Below the pieces are notes generated by a model. The model did no database searches. It worked only from the letters and a program-made list of their open reading frames with translations, and was not told where the DNA came from. A DNA stretch of 64,000 nucleotides from Lama guanicoe (Eukaryota), in assembly GCA_013239625.1 (NCBI GenBank), contig MU053994.1:685775-749774 (forward strand), given 5' to 3'. Shown piece by piece: positions 13,976 to 27,644 of this stretch. Position numbers and translations under genes: made by a program. How positions within the stretch are numbered: the first letter of the stretch is position 1; each line of letters begins with the position of its first letter.

Positions 13976-14221
13976 TGTAGCCTAACAATACAGACCCCAA
14001 CGGGGATGGCAATGGGACACTCAGAAGAGGACTTAGCAACAGAACTTGGATAACACAACAAAGTGAAACAAGACAGGATCAAAATGAAGACCATTTTATT
14101 AGCCACACCTGGCTAAGGATATTCATCAATTCTTCAGAGAGAGAAAAAAAGGCAGACGTAGGAAAATAAATTTTTATACTGCTGTACACAATTTATAGTG
14201 ATTAAAAGAACAGGTTTTGTA

Positions 14222-14537
14222 GAAACAGACTCATAGACATAGAATCCAAACTTGTGGTTGCCAGCGGGGAGGAGGGTGACAAGGGACAGACCGGGGGTTC
14301 GAAATCTGTAGATACTGACAGGCATATGTAGAATAGATAAACAAGATTATATTGTATAGCACAGGAAAATGTATACAAGGTAGCTCGCAGCGAAAAAAAA
14401 AGTGACAATGAATATATGTATGTTCATGCATAACTGAAAAATTGTGCTCTACACTGGAAATTGACACAACATTGTAAACTGACTATAACTCAATAAAAAA
14501 ATAGAATAAAAACACTTGAGATAAATCTCCTTAAAAA
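14222..14537 (+). mobile_element. Young L1 3' UTR fragment
   Basis: Same 3' UTR family as 2592-3350; 18-bp TSD aaaagaacaggttttgta at 14204-14221 and 14538-14555. Confidence 0.93.
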
Positions 14538-15799
14538 AAAAGAACAGGTTTTGTAAAGCTAGAAATCCATTCAAAAGCTGTGTGTTTTTATGCAAGTTCA
14601 TTATCTTCTCTGTGACTCACTTCTACATTTGAAAATCTGATAATAAAACTCTTCTCATAGGCTTGTTATGAAGATTAAATGACTTAATAAAGCAAAACAG
14701 TGTGTGGTGCATCAATGCTTATTAAATGTTAATGTTATGATTATGGTGTGTAATTGTGCTTTAACTTTATAAGGAAGTAGATACACTGATGATTGTCAGT
14801 AAATTTCTGGATCGTCTTCATGAAATTCTGAGTGAAATTCTTGCTCCATGTGTTATGTTATGTACCAGGTAGATGCCTCGAATGGGAGTCTCTGCCTGAC
14901 AGTTGTAGCCAAGATTCTGGCGTCCAGAATGGGGAAGACCACATCTGCAGAACACTTCGCATTCAAGACAGTGTCTCATCTATACCTCATAAACACAAAT
15001 TATTACCATTTCTATATATTTATGTCTTATCAACACAGGACTTCTGACAGGAAAACGATCTACTCATTCCAGAGAAAGCAAAAACTGTCTACTTTTGAAA
15101 AAAACTCTTCTAAAATCTGCCCTCTGTGTTAAGTGGAAACTTCTCAGGTAAAGTCAAGGTATTCAAGCAAGTGAGACTGCAGTTTATCAGACTCAATTCT
15201 GGATCTGGGATGATTTTCACTAGAACGTGTGTACTTGTGTTTGAATGCGCACGTGTGCGCGCGTGTGTGTGTGAGAGAGAGAGAAGCTTTTATCAAATCA
15301 GAGTTTCCTGTATTTAGCAGATTTTCACAGCCAATTTGGTTGATTGCATTTTGCTATTTTAAAACAGTCAGTACCTTTTGGGAGGAAGGCCTAGGGAGCC
15401 ATGATTATGCAAGACCAAACTGGCTAAGAAAGTTTATAATAGAACCATCTCCTTCATTACCTAGATGTGGCTGAGCCTCTCCAATTTCTGTTATCCCAAA
15501 GAAAAGAAGTCTTTAATGATATATAAAATATCTTGGACTTGCATCCTATTGAGTGTCATGTCTGGGTTCTTTCTACAGTCTCCTGGATAGTGAGTGGGGC
15601 TCTTCTCTAGTACCTGGTGGTCGTGGACCATTCCATGCCATGGTTCACAAAAGAGGCTGAATCTGTCCTCTTGTCTGTAGCAGAGCCTGTAAGGAAAAAA
15701 TCTTACCCCAAGTTCTCTTCTCTTTCTGGCCACACTGTTGAACCTAAACTAAATCAATGTAGATTTTTTTAAACTGAAGGATCATCGTGGCAAAGACTT

Positions 15800-16270
15800 C
15801 TGTTTATTAAACAGAATTTCTAGCTAGGCACGTTGCTTCCCAGAATAAAGGACTCTGTCTCCTGCCTCTCTCTTCCTGTAGAAACAGGATCAAGTTTTAG
15901 CCAATGGGATTTGGTGGAAGTGGTGTATGCAACTTTGGGGAAAGCTGTTTAGGAGCTGACTCAGTTGGAGGTGGGGAAGGGCCTTTTTGCTTTTCTTTCA
16001 TTTTCTTTCCTAGACTACATCTGTAATGGCTGGAGTTCCAGACTTCACTTTGGGACACAGGATGACTTTAAGGACAGAAGAAGCCACATGGTGAGAACGG
16101 CTGAGCAAAAGTTAGGATGATTTTAGATCCCTATGACTTTGTGGATTTGTCATAACAACTGTAGACTGTTGACCTGTGAACTTGTTTTATGCAAGAGAAT
16201 AAACCATTGTGTTTTAAGCTACTGTATTTGAATCTCTATTACTACTACTTGAATGCAATTATTGATACAA
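15800..16270 (+). mobile_element. MLT1 (MaLR) LTR
   Basis: gctaggcacgttgcttcccagaataaaggact... through aataaaccattgtgttttaagctactg...gataca. Confidence 0.6.
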
Positions 16271-16859
16271 TTAGGAAACCTTAGAAGGTTAGTTACCTCC
16301 TAGCTCAGGACTTTGCCAGGATAGAGCCTCCTGTGGATCCTCCTTCAGCTCCTAATCTAGCTTTCCCATCTCAGGTTGGTGACAACTGACTAAATTCCAA
16401 TCCCATCTGATTGCCTCATTCCTTTCTACAGGAGGAATTTAACCCCTGGGTTCCTTCAAGCACTGAGCAGTATCTTCAGTTTCAGCTAGCAGACCTGGAC
16501 AGGGAGTTGTTTGCTCCAGAGCAGTCTCAGTTTTATGGATGAGGATGACTCTGGATCATCCAGTTCTAATTTAAACATTTCATCAGTGAAAACTGCAAAG
16601 TTGATGGCCCATTTAACTATGTCACCCACTGTGCCAGTTTAGGTCCCCTGGAAAGCAGGTGCCAATATGGAATTAGATGTGTAGGAGATTTATTGAGGGT
16701 AACACCTGTGAAGGATAAAGGGGAGAGGATGAAAACTCACAGATTTGCCAGATAGAAATGAGGGACTTGGTTTGTAACAGATGGGGAAATCTTCTCAGCT
16801 TTGCTAGCCCAAGGTTGAGGTCCTAGTTTGAGGTAAATGTTGATTATAGCCAGATATTT

Positions 16860-17690
16860 AAAGGGGAGATCCTGAAATCACTGAGCCATTGAAGAGCTGA
16901 GATAAGCTCTCCATACCACCCTCATGCGCTGCCAAACTAAAAACACTGGGGAGACCCAAAAGATCCTGGGGAAAAGTGAAAGCCAAGGGAAATACGAGAA
17001 CTGGCTGCAGGTCTGAATGCAGTCCTTAATCATGGCACAGTTCAATCAGCAGAGGGTGGAAGCCTTATGAGCTCAACTGTTTGAACACAACTTCAGCCAA
17101 GTTAACTGGCTAACCAACTAAGCTATTCAGACACAGAGGCAACCTTAGGGAAGCTGGGCTAAAATGTAAAAATAATTAAAAGTCTGAACAGAGACATCAG
17201 TAGCTGTATACTGGGAGAGAGGTGGGATGGTGGGGGTTAGGGGTGGGGGAAGACAGATTCTGCAGTTTTAAGTTCAAACAAGTTACTACACACCAAACAA
17301 ACAACCATACAGAAGACTTTCAGAAAAGTAAACCAGTCTAGAGTTATTAGAATGTATTATATAAAATATTACCTAAAGTGTCCACTTTTAAGCCAAAAAT
17401 TACTAGGCATACAAAGAAACTAAAAAGTGTAACCCAAACTCGGGAAAAAAGTAGTCAATAGAAACTGACTCTGAGTGGACCCACATATTGGATTTAGCAG
17501 AGAATGTCTTCTAAGCAGGTGTTAAACATTTGTTTAAGGAATTAAAGCAAACTATGTTTAATAAATTAGTAGAAAATATGGTAATGAGCCAACAAACAGG
17601 GAATCTTAATGGAGAAATAAAAATCATAAAAAAGAACCAAACGAGAATTCTAGAGTTGAAAAGTACAATACCTAATGTGAAAAATGTTAA
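16860..17690 (+). mobile_element. Old L1 5'/ORF1 remnant
   Basis: FKELKQTMFNKLVENM...IKKNQTRILELKSTI, an L1 ORF1 coiled-coil-like peptide; start boundary approximate. Confidence 0.65.
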
Positions 17691-20555
17691 AGGCTGTTTA
17701 AAATATCAGTTTGGTCAATTTCTTTTAAGTTCTATGTTTTGGCAGGTAGAGAGGATAAATTACTAGTCTTTTCCTACTAAAACAAAAGCTATTTCTAAAA
17801 GGCAGTGAAAATTATTTTCAAATGTTGCTTATGTTTCTACTTTCTTTTTTCCTGAAAAGTTCTGAGGTGGTTAATAACTAATTGTTGAAATATTAAAACA
17901 ATTTGCCAACTCCATTGAGCCTTACACAGATATAATAAGAACTTTTCCTGCAGTAGTTTTTGGGAGATCAGATTTTTGCCCCAAGATTTAGAGGGTTTGC
18001 CTGGCTATTTTATCATTGATAAAATCATTTATATTATTTTCAGAAACTTGGACATGACAGGTAGTTGCTCAAAGAAAAGTGTACTGTGCTTGTATTATAA
18101 AGTCAGATTCCTTCAGTTTCTTCAGCTATGCTTAAATCCACATAGTTCAGAGGGAGGGTTCATGTCTCTCTGTGTTATCTGGGTTTCTATTTCTCTTCAA
18201 CCTTGGCCATTTCAATGCCTGAAAGGCCTCCTTTTAATGTCTCTTACGGTTTACGAAATGTCACATTTCTTCCAACTTCTCAGTTTTCTCTCTTACGATC
18301 ATTCTCCTCAGTATTGGACATCAATTCTGAGGAGAGTGCTCTGCTAGGCCTCCTTCTGCGAGTGCAAAATCGACAGCATGGGGAATTTTAGGGCACAAGT
18401 GACATACAGGCTTGCAAACACACTCACTGCCCAGCTCACACTGATTTGATCAGTTTACCCATACTTCTTCCTCCTTTTCTTATTGCTTTACTCACACACT
18501 GCCTGAGTCCTGTGTCTTATATTTCAATCCTTGATGGAAGTAAACTTTGCTGGTGTTCTAAATAAACAAATCCTGCCACTAAGAAGTCATAACCCTACAA
18601 TGTAGTTCTGACACTGACCTCATGCTGAAGACTGAGGTGTGGTCTTTTGGAGTGCTTTCTCTTCTGACACCTGAAAATACTTACTTTGATGTATTTGTGG
18701 CTGGAGTAAATCCTTTATTAATGATTGTGAAAGATGGCCAAAACACTATCCAATTATGTTACTCTAGTCAGCTTTTCAGGAAGGAGGAGGCATAAAATCC
18801 CTTGTAAGCCATCTCTTCTTGGAAACAAAACTTGCTTTCAAATCAATGCAAATGCAGTCTGTTACAAACATAGGAAACAGACAAAATGTATTGATTATTC
18901 CATTTGTTTGATGTTCAGGCCCTTCTATGAAAATAGGGGGTAAATTTCTGTCTCAGTAGATCATAGACATTTTCTATTTTTGTTTATTCCTCTTTCTACA
19001 TCTTCCCACACATACAAATGCTGCTGCAATCACTACCAAAGCCAAAGAATCACTTTTCTGGTACTTAAGTGGAGAATGAAGAATGGGATAAGGTTACACT
19101 CCATGTGTGTACTCTTCTTGGAGTACCTCTGTGATGCTCACCACACTGACTACATCCAATTTATCATATGCACTAAGATACATGGTACACGTTATAGACA
19201 TGGAGAATATTTTTATATACTGTAACAATGAATGTGTAATGAGTGAAATTTTCTTTAATCCACACGACTGTCTGTGTGAGAGGTAGGAAGGGAGGAAACA
19301 CATCTATGTGGCTCTTCACTGAATACTCTGGAGAGGAACAGAGGTGAAAAATAAACCCTGGAGGATGAGACCATTCACTGCGATACAAGGGAAATAATCA
19401 GGGGTGATGTCAGCAGGTCCTTGTGATTAAAAGCAAGAATTGGGGGGGGAGGCCTCCAAAGTCCAAATTAAACTCTTTTATGTATTTTCCAGTATTCTTA
19501 GTAACACACAACTATGCTTTGGAAACTTGGCTTTTTATGCTGTTGAAAATGTCTTAGAAAGAGTTTTAAATTTTAAAAAAGTATAAAGTATTCCATGGTC
19601 CTTCACTCTTAGTTGTGAAAGTACATGGATATGCCCTCCATTGGCACATGGAGTAAGTATATTCAATTGTGTTGAGCCCTTGTTTTCCTAGGCTCACAAT
19701 TAGCCTACACTTTTCAATTTTCCTCGCAGTAAGTTGGGCCTTTGCCAGTGAACGCCAGTGGAATGTGGACATAAGTGATATATACAACTTCCAGGTCTGG
19801 AGGATGCCAAGACTCCAAGGAATACTAAAGCCACCAAATGGTAAGAGACAAGGTTCCTAAACTACTGTGTGGGGCAAGGTCATGTACATACCATTTGTGT
19901 ATTTTGACAAAACCAAGAAATAAACACTCAGCATTAACTCAGATTTGGAGAGTCTTTGTTACAAAAGTTAAACTGCCTAGACTAATACAACTAGTATCTT
20001 TCAGAGAAAACAATGTGGAAATTTCTTCTATTATAATAGTTTGCTTGTGATAGGTAACATTCTGAAGTTTTGTAGTAATTTGTCAGTTCAAATCAATTAT
20101 TATCCACTTGCTATTATATCACAATTACCTTAGAAGCCATTTTAAAAGCCATGTCCAGCCCTAGCCTTGACCTAGTTAATCAGAACCAGGTAGGTTATAG
20201 GCAGTGATACCTGAAAACCTTCCCTGCGTTTTGCATATACCCTTAGTTAAGAACCACTACTTTAAGATAACCCAAATTTTACCTTTAGATCAAAGGTTAG
20301 ATTTTCAAGTCTCATTATTTTAAGTCCATATAATTTACCTGACTAAATTGGGTTTTTTAAAAAAGTATATTCTGATTATATTTTTTAATTAATATAATAA
20401 AATTGACCTTTACTGGGTGGACAATTTTTATAATGTATAGTTTAAGGCAGTATCACCAAAATCAGGATACATAACAATTCCATCACTCCAAAAACACTGT
20501 CTCATACTATCACTTTGTAGTTATACCCTCCTCCTACCTCCATCCATTGCAATCA

Positions 20556-23500
20556 CCCAAGGTCAGCAGAAGGAAGGAAATAATAAAGATCAGAGAGGAA
20601 ATAAATAAAATAGATACTAAAAACAATATAAAAGATCATCAATATGTCAAAGAGCTGGTTTTTCTGAGAAGATAAACAAAATTGACAAACCTCTAGCCAG
20701 GCTCACCAAGAAGAAAAGAGAGAGGATCCAAATAAAATAAGAAATGAAAGAGGAGAAATAACAACCAACACCACAGAAATAAAAAACCAATCATAAGAGA
20801 ATACTGTGAACAGTTATATGCCAACAAATGGACAACTCAGAAGAAATGAACAAGTTTCTAGAAACATACAGCCTTCCAAAACTGAGTCAAGAAGAAACAG
20901 ATAATTTGAACAGACCAATAGATCACTAGAAGTGAAACAGAATCTGTAATAAATTCCCTGCAAATAGAAGTCCCAGAACTGGATACCAAATATACAAAGA
21001 ACAACTTATACCTATGTTTCTTAAACTATTCTAAAAGATTGAGGAGGGAACACTCCCAAATTCATTCTAGGAAGCCACCATCATCCTGATAACAAGAACA
21101 ACTTATACCTATGTTTCTTAAACTATTCTAAAAGATTGAGGAGGGAACACTCCCAAATTCATTCTAGGAAGCCACCATCATCCTGATACCAAAATCAGAT
21201 AAAGACACTACAAAAAAGAAAATTACAGGCCAATAACTTCGATGAACACAGATGCAAAAATACTCAACAAAATATCAGCAAACCAAATCCAAGAATACAA
21301 AAAAAAGGATCATACACCATGATCAAGTTGGATTAATCCCAAGGTCACAAGGATAGTTCAATATATGCAAATCAATCAATGTGATATGCTATATTAACAA
21401 AAGAAAAGACAAAAGCCACATGATCATCTCAATAGATGCAGAAAAAGCATTTGATAAAATTCAACATCCATTCATTATTAAAAAAAAATCTCACCAGAGT
21501 GGGTATAGAGGTAACACATCTCAACATAATAAAAGCATTTATGGCAAACCCGCAGCCAACATAATACTCAATGGTGAAAAGCTGAAAGCCTTCCTGCTAA
21601 ATTCAGGAACAAGACAAGGATGCCCACTCTCACCACTTCTATTCAACATAGTATTGGAAGTCCTAGCCACAACAATCAAACAAGAAAGAAATAAAAGATA
21701 CCCAAATTGGAAGGGACCTGGTGAAACTGTCACTATCTACAGATGATACGATACTTTATATAGAGAACCCTAAAGACTCCACACAAAAATGATTAGAACT
21801 AATAAATGAATTCAGCAAGGTAGCAGGATACAAGATTAACAAACAGAAACCTGTTGCATTTCTTTACACTAACAATGAAATATCAGAAAATGAAAGTAAA
21901 AAAAATTCCTTATAAAATCACATCAAAAAATAAAACACTTAGGAATAAACCTGACCAAGGAGGTGAAAGACTTATATGCTGAAAACTATAAAACACTGAT
22001 ATAGGAAACTGAAGATGATTCAAAGAAATGGAAAGATATCCTATGCTCTTGGATTGGAAGAATTAACATTGTTTAAATGGCCATACTACCCAAAGCAATC
22101 TACAGATTTATTGTGATCCCTATCAAATTATCCAGGACATTTTTCACAGAGCAAGAACAAATAATCCTTCAGATGGAATCACAAAAGACCCAGAATTACA
22201 AAAGCAATACTGAAGAAAAAGAACAAAGCTAGAGGCATAACCCTTCCAGACTTCAGATAATACTACAAAGCTACAGTAATCAAAACAGTATGGTATTGGC
22301 ACACACGTGTGCGTGTGGGTGCGCACACACACACACACAGATAGATAGATCAGTGGAACAGAATACAGAGCCCAGAAATAACCCACATGCTTATGGTCAA
22401 TTAAGCTATGATAAAGGAGGCAAGAATATACAATGGAGAAGAGACAGTCTCTTCAACAATTGGTTCTGGGAAAGCTAGACAGCTACATGTAAATCAATGA
22501 AATTAGAACACTGCATCACATCATATACAAAAGTAAACTCAAAATGGTTTGAAGACCTAAATATAAGACATGACACCATAAAACTCCTAGAAGAGAACAT
22601 GGATAAAACATTTTAGGACATAAATCATAGCAATATTTTTTTAGATCAGTGCCCCAAGGCAAAAGAAATAAAAGCAAAAATAAACAAATGGGACCTAATA
22701 AAACCTTAAAGCTTTTGTACAGCAAAGGAAGTCATCAACAAAATGAAAAGAGAACCTACAGAATGGGAGAAAATATTTGCAAACAATGCAACCAACAAAA
22801 GGTTAATATCCAAAATATACAAACAGCTCATATAACTCAGTATCCAAAAAACAATCTAATAAAAAAAATGAGCAGGAGAACTAAACAGACATTTCTCCAA
22901 GAAGATATATTGATGGCCAACAGGCACATGAAAAGATGCTCAATATGGTTAATTATTAGAGAAATGTAAATCAAAACCACAATGAGGTATCACCTCACAT
23001 CAGAGTGGCTATCATCAAAAAATATACAAATAATAAATGCTGGAGAGGGTGTGGAGGAGAGGGACCCCCCACACACACACTGTTGGTGGGAATGTAAATT
23101 GGTGCAGTCACTATGGAGAACAGTAAGGAGATCCCTTAAAAAACTAAGATACAGCTACTATATGACCCAGCAATCCCATTCCTTGGCATGTATCTGGAAA
23201 AGATACACATACACCAATGTTCATAGCAGAACTATTTACAATAGCCAACACATGGAAACAACACAAGTGCCTATCAACAGATGATTGGTTTAAAAAGCAA
23301 TAACCACATGCAATGGAATATTACTCAGCCATGAAAAAGAATGAAATACTGCCATTTCAGCAACTTGGATGGACCTAAAGAATATCATACTAAGTGAAGT
23401 CAGACAGAGAGACACAAATACTTTATGATATCACTTATATGTGGAATCTACAAAATAATACAAATGAACCTATATACAAAACAGAAACACTCAGACATAG

Positions 23501-23605
23501 AAAACAAACTTATGGTTACCACAGGGGAAAGGGAGGAGGGGAAGGATAAACTAACTAAGAGATTTACTATACAGCACAGGGAACTCTATTCAATATCTTG
23601 TAATT
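20556..23605 (+). mobile_element. 5'-truncated L1 (decayed ORF2 RT through 3' UTR)
   Basis: [19 protein letters not shown] and [23 protein letters not shown] motifs; multiple frameshifts. Confidence 0.95.
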
Positions 23606-25049
23606 CTGAACAAATTACTTGTAAAGATTGCTTCTGAGAAACTTCAAAAGGTTTTCTAGAATATATAAAATTTTTTTTCACCTTGGTGATAGATGTTTAC
23701 CACTGAACCACATAAGATTTCTTTTAAAATAAAAATGTATGCCTGTACATCGCTTAAAGTTAGATCAGCTCTCTAGTCCACTGCTGACCTTACCTTTAAG
23801 ACATCTCATCTGTCATAATATACATATTATACATACCAGATGAAAATGAAAGCAAGTGGAACTATTTGGGAATATAGCTTGGCCTGGTCAGATAAGATTT
23901 CCTGTTGTAGTTTTGTAAATAATTTTAGGGTTAGTATAACATTTCCTGACATTTCAGTGATTAGGATTGTGTATTAACATTGTGCCAAAGTCGCCATCCA
24001 TCACAATTGTTGGAGTGACTGCTTACTAAGCCTGTTTGTGTTTTGTCTCTTAACTTTCAAGTGGCTTCTTCCAGCAGAAACATCTTAGTTCATTCTCTTC
24101 AATACAGTTGTACTCCATTATCCCCTCCCAACTCTCCACACTCCCAAGAAGGCTTAGTATGCATGTGTATGCAACAACAAAAATTACCTTCTTGGTAGAA
24201 TGATCACTTTTCTAATTAATTCTTTAACTCTCATTTCCTGCTTAAATCTGAGGTCAAACTAGGGAAGATTACAATTGAGATCAATTCAGGGCCTAATTAA
24301 TTTTTTCAACATATTCTCCTTGTAAACAATTTTCTCTTGCCAAAATAATGTACTCTGTTTAAAACAGAGGTCACACAAGTTACTCTCTTTGGGCCAAATA
24401 GGGCCTGCAGCTAGGGTTTGGCTGTTTATATGCATGCATGAATGCCTGCACACGTACACGAATGAGTTGTCTATGTAAAAACCCAAATGTACAGCTTCTT
24501 TTTAAAATGGCTGAGGGTCTGGCAATATTGGGCCCAGTACTGAGAAACAGCAGTTACCAGCTAGAACAGACAGGCAGCAGCTTCAATATGATTATCTGTT
24601 TAGCCTGTGAAAACACTTCAGTTATGTGATCTCTGGTTTAAAGGCACTTTGTTTGTTCAATTTAATCAAATATCATCCTCATTTCTGAGATGAAGACTTT
24701 CCAACCTTCTGATTTATCTCCTCTTTTCGCTTATTGATTTATTATTCTTACAAGGTAAAAAAAAAGTAAAGTGCATTTTAAAGTTCTGTCTAAAAAGATA
24801 CTCTAAGCTTTTTAAAGAACTTACTATCAGCTGAAAAATCTTTAAACCATGTGCTCTGGCAAAAGGAAATTTTAAGGATGGAAATATTTTCCATTTTGGT
24901 AGCCTCACAACATCCAAGCAGGCAGAAAACTGTTTAATTGAAGTTCAGGAGCATGATAAAGAAATCAGCCTGGTTTTATCCTCAAATAATTATTCAGAGT
25001 CTCATCTCTACTATCTCATTCTACTGTCACTTGGGTCTCCCATGGGTAG

Positions 25050-26142
25050 AGGTCTGTGATAATAACTTTGGCTTCATTCTGAATTCCTAACCCCCAGTAC
25101 CTCAGAACTTGGAAACTGGGCCTTTAAGGAAGTAATCAAGTTAAAATGAGGCTATTACAATGGTCTCTAAGCCAACATGACTGGTGCCATTTTAAAAAGG
25201 GGAAATTTGGAAATGGAGATAAACATGCACAGAAGATAATGTGAAGATACAAAAGAAGAATGTCATGTGAGGACACAGGATTGGAGTGATATATCTACAA
25301 GTCAAAGAATGCCTGAAGCCACTAGAAGTTAGAGAGGCACGGAATGTCTCTAGTGCCTTCAGAGGGAGCATAGCCTTGCCAAGACCTTGATTTCAGACTT
25401 CTGGCCTCCAGAACTGAGACAATAAATTTCTATTGTTTTTAAGTCACTGTTTATGGTAGTTTGTTACAGAAGCTCTGGGAGTTGCCATCGAGAGGCCCTT
25501 TCTCAGAATAAAACTGATACTGGTTTCTATTGCTGCATAACAAATCACCATAAACGTAGTGGATTAAAACTACATATATTTATTATCTCATAGTTTTCAT
25601 GGGTCAGCAGCCTGGGTACTGCTTAGCTAGGTCCTCTGCTCAGGGCCTCACAAAGCTGCAGTCAGGGTATCAGCCAGGGCTGTGGTCTAATCTGAGGACT
25701 GGGTTCCTCTTCCAGGCTCATTGGTTGTTGGTAGAATTCAGTACCTTGCAATTGCAGGATCGAGGCCTTCAGAGTCTAGAAGTCTCTCACCCTGGCACAT
25801 GGCCCTCTTCATAATGTGGCAGTTTGCTTTTTCATGGCCAGTAGGAGAGCATCTCTATTGCTTTGAATTGCTGACTTCTTCCACTTCAGGTATCTAGAGC
25901 TTTTTTGAAAGGGCTCACCTGATTAGGTCAGGTCCACCTAACTTAAAGTTAACTTTATATAAATTTATAAAATTATATCTGCAAAATATTTCACTTTTTC
26001 CATGTAATATAATATAAGCAATGGAGTGATATCTCATAATATTCACTGCCCTCCCCTACACAGTCAATGGGAAGGTACTATTCAGGGCAAGCACACCAGC
26101 AGGTAGGTACCTTGGCGGCCATCTTAGAATCCTGCCTATCAC
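25050..26142. mobile_element. Two MLT1 (MaLR) LTRs in opposite orientation (about 25050-25480 plus, 25517-26142 minus)
   Basis: ccttgatttcagacttctggcctccagaactgagacaataaatttc and tattgctgcataacaaatcacc...cttggcggccatcttagaatcctgcctatcaca. Confidence 0.75.
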
Positions 26143-27010
26143 AACTGGGATGTCTTAGCACTATTTGTGAGTTTCACTTCCACTTGGTTCCTACAGCTTA
26201 TATTTTGGCAAAGTACTTTTACAATACTGTACCAGTACTATAGTGGCAATGGTAAATTTTTAAATTAAATTTACCTTTAATAAAATTAGAATTCCACTAA
26301 ATGTAATATTTACATAGGAGACTGTTTTGTAAGATTTCAAAATCACATCTACTCTACACTCTTACAGTCCTTGTGAATGAAAAACAAAGATGGGGCTTTT
26401 TTCCTTTTCTTTGTTTAAATTGGGCAATGGTCATTGTGACTGAATAAGAAAATGTTGCAGTCAGAGCTAGAATGGGAAAAATGAAGGTAGTTTGCTCCAT
26501 TAAGTAAGTAGCACCTGTGAGCATAGGAAAGCAACATTTCTATCAGGTCAGACTCCACAGCTTTACCCTTCCTATTCCTTGTGGCAGAGCACCGTGGCAT
26601 GGAGCCAACCTTGGTAACCACTGTCAATGCTAGAGACAGATGAAAGGAGCAAGCCTGGCTGTGTCTGGTTCCCCTATGGTGGCGCTCTGTGGCATGGTCT
26701 AACAGTGCAGATTATACCACATAATCTACAATGTTTTCATGTCAGATCACCTCTCTAAAGGGAGAAGCCGGAAGCAAAGAAATTTCAACAGTTTCTCCAC
26801 AAGGATGTACTGTTTATACAGTTGCCCTGATATTTTTTTTACTCAGAGGTAAATGCACTATGCATCTTTCAGTATTTTAAAATTAGATTTTTTTGCCCTC
26901 ATTTTACCAACTGATAACTCTAAGTACCTGCAAATTTTATTCATATTCACCCATTCAAATAGGGTGAATATGAATAAATAAATATATCTGGTTTAATAAA
27001 CCAGATATAG

Positions 27011-27016
27011 TTTATT
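27011..27016 (-). terminator. Probable poly(A) signal of the RPGR exon 1-19 isoform
   Basis: AATAAA on the minus strand about 420 nt after the stop in an AU-rich UTR; a second one lies at 26936-26941. Confidence 0.55.
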
Positions 27017-27437
27017 AAAATATGTTCATTAAAAACAATTTTGACTCAGTTTTTGAGAATTGCAAATATGTTAAAAATTGTCACAGTGTCATAAGATTGC
27101 AAATATTGCCTTATGAAATTATAAAGAAGTAGAATTGTTTAGTAAAAACTATGAAGTATCTTAACTTTCACATATAAAAATATATTTTATATCACAACAC
27201 TGACCAGTTAAAGCCACAACACTTGAAGGAGAGTTTGAGATACACATATTTTGAAACTGCTTGTCAAAAATATCGGCATTTAAATAAATATCAAAACTGG
27301 TCGTACTATTCAAACCAAATAAAACATATTATTAAGTTATATCTTTAAAAGTTTATCAGAAACTTTCCTTTAGAACGCAAATGTTGTTTTCAAGTATAAA
27401 TTACGTGTTTGGTGACCATGAAAACGTAACTATATAT

Positions 27438-27644
27438 TCATAGTATTGTACAAGATTTTGACCTTCTCTCCGTATTTGGGGGTGAGGTGTCCTGATGATT
27501 TTGCCCCATGTCGTTCTGGTTAGCATCTTTCTTATTGGCTTTAAAAGCTATTTGATCTCCTATTGGTTTTATCTCTGGAAGCGGGTCATTATTACTCTGC
27601 ATACTTTTCTGACTTGTCAATGACATCCTTTTAAGGAGGAAAAT
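27438..27644 (-). CDS. RPGR: RPGR exon 19 coding part with C-terminal CaaX prenylation motif
   Basis: ttcctag|ATTTTCCTC; IFLLKRMS...PLPEIKPIGDQI...ERRSKSCTIL*; TGA at 27438-27440. Confidence 0.96.
   Translation of the reverse strand: MFLLKRMSLTSQKSMQSNNDPLPEIKPIGDQIAFKANKKDANQNDMGQNHQDTSPPNTERRSKSCTIL

Noticed and set aside
13419..14039. Overlapping 92-131 aa ORFs
   Set aside because: They lie in a solo LTR and show no recognisable homology or splice context.
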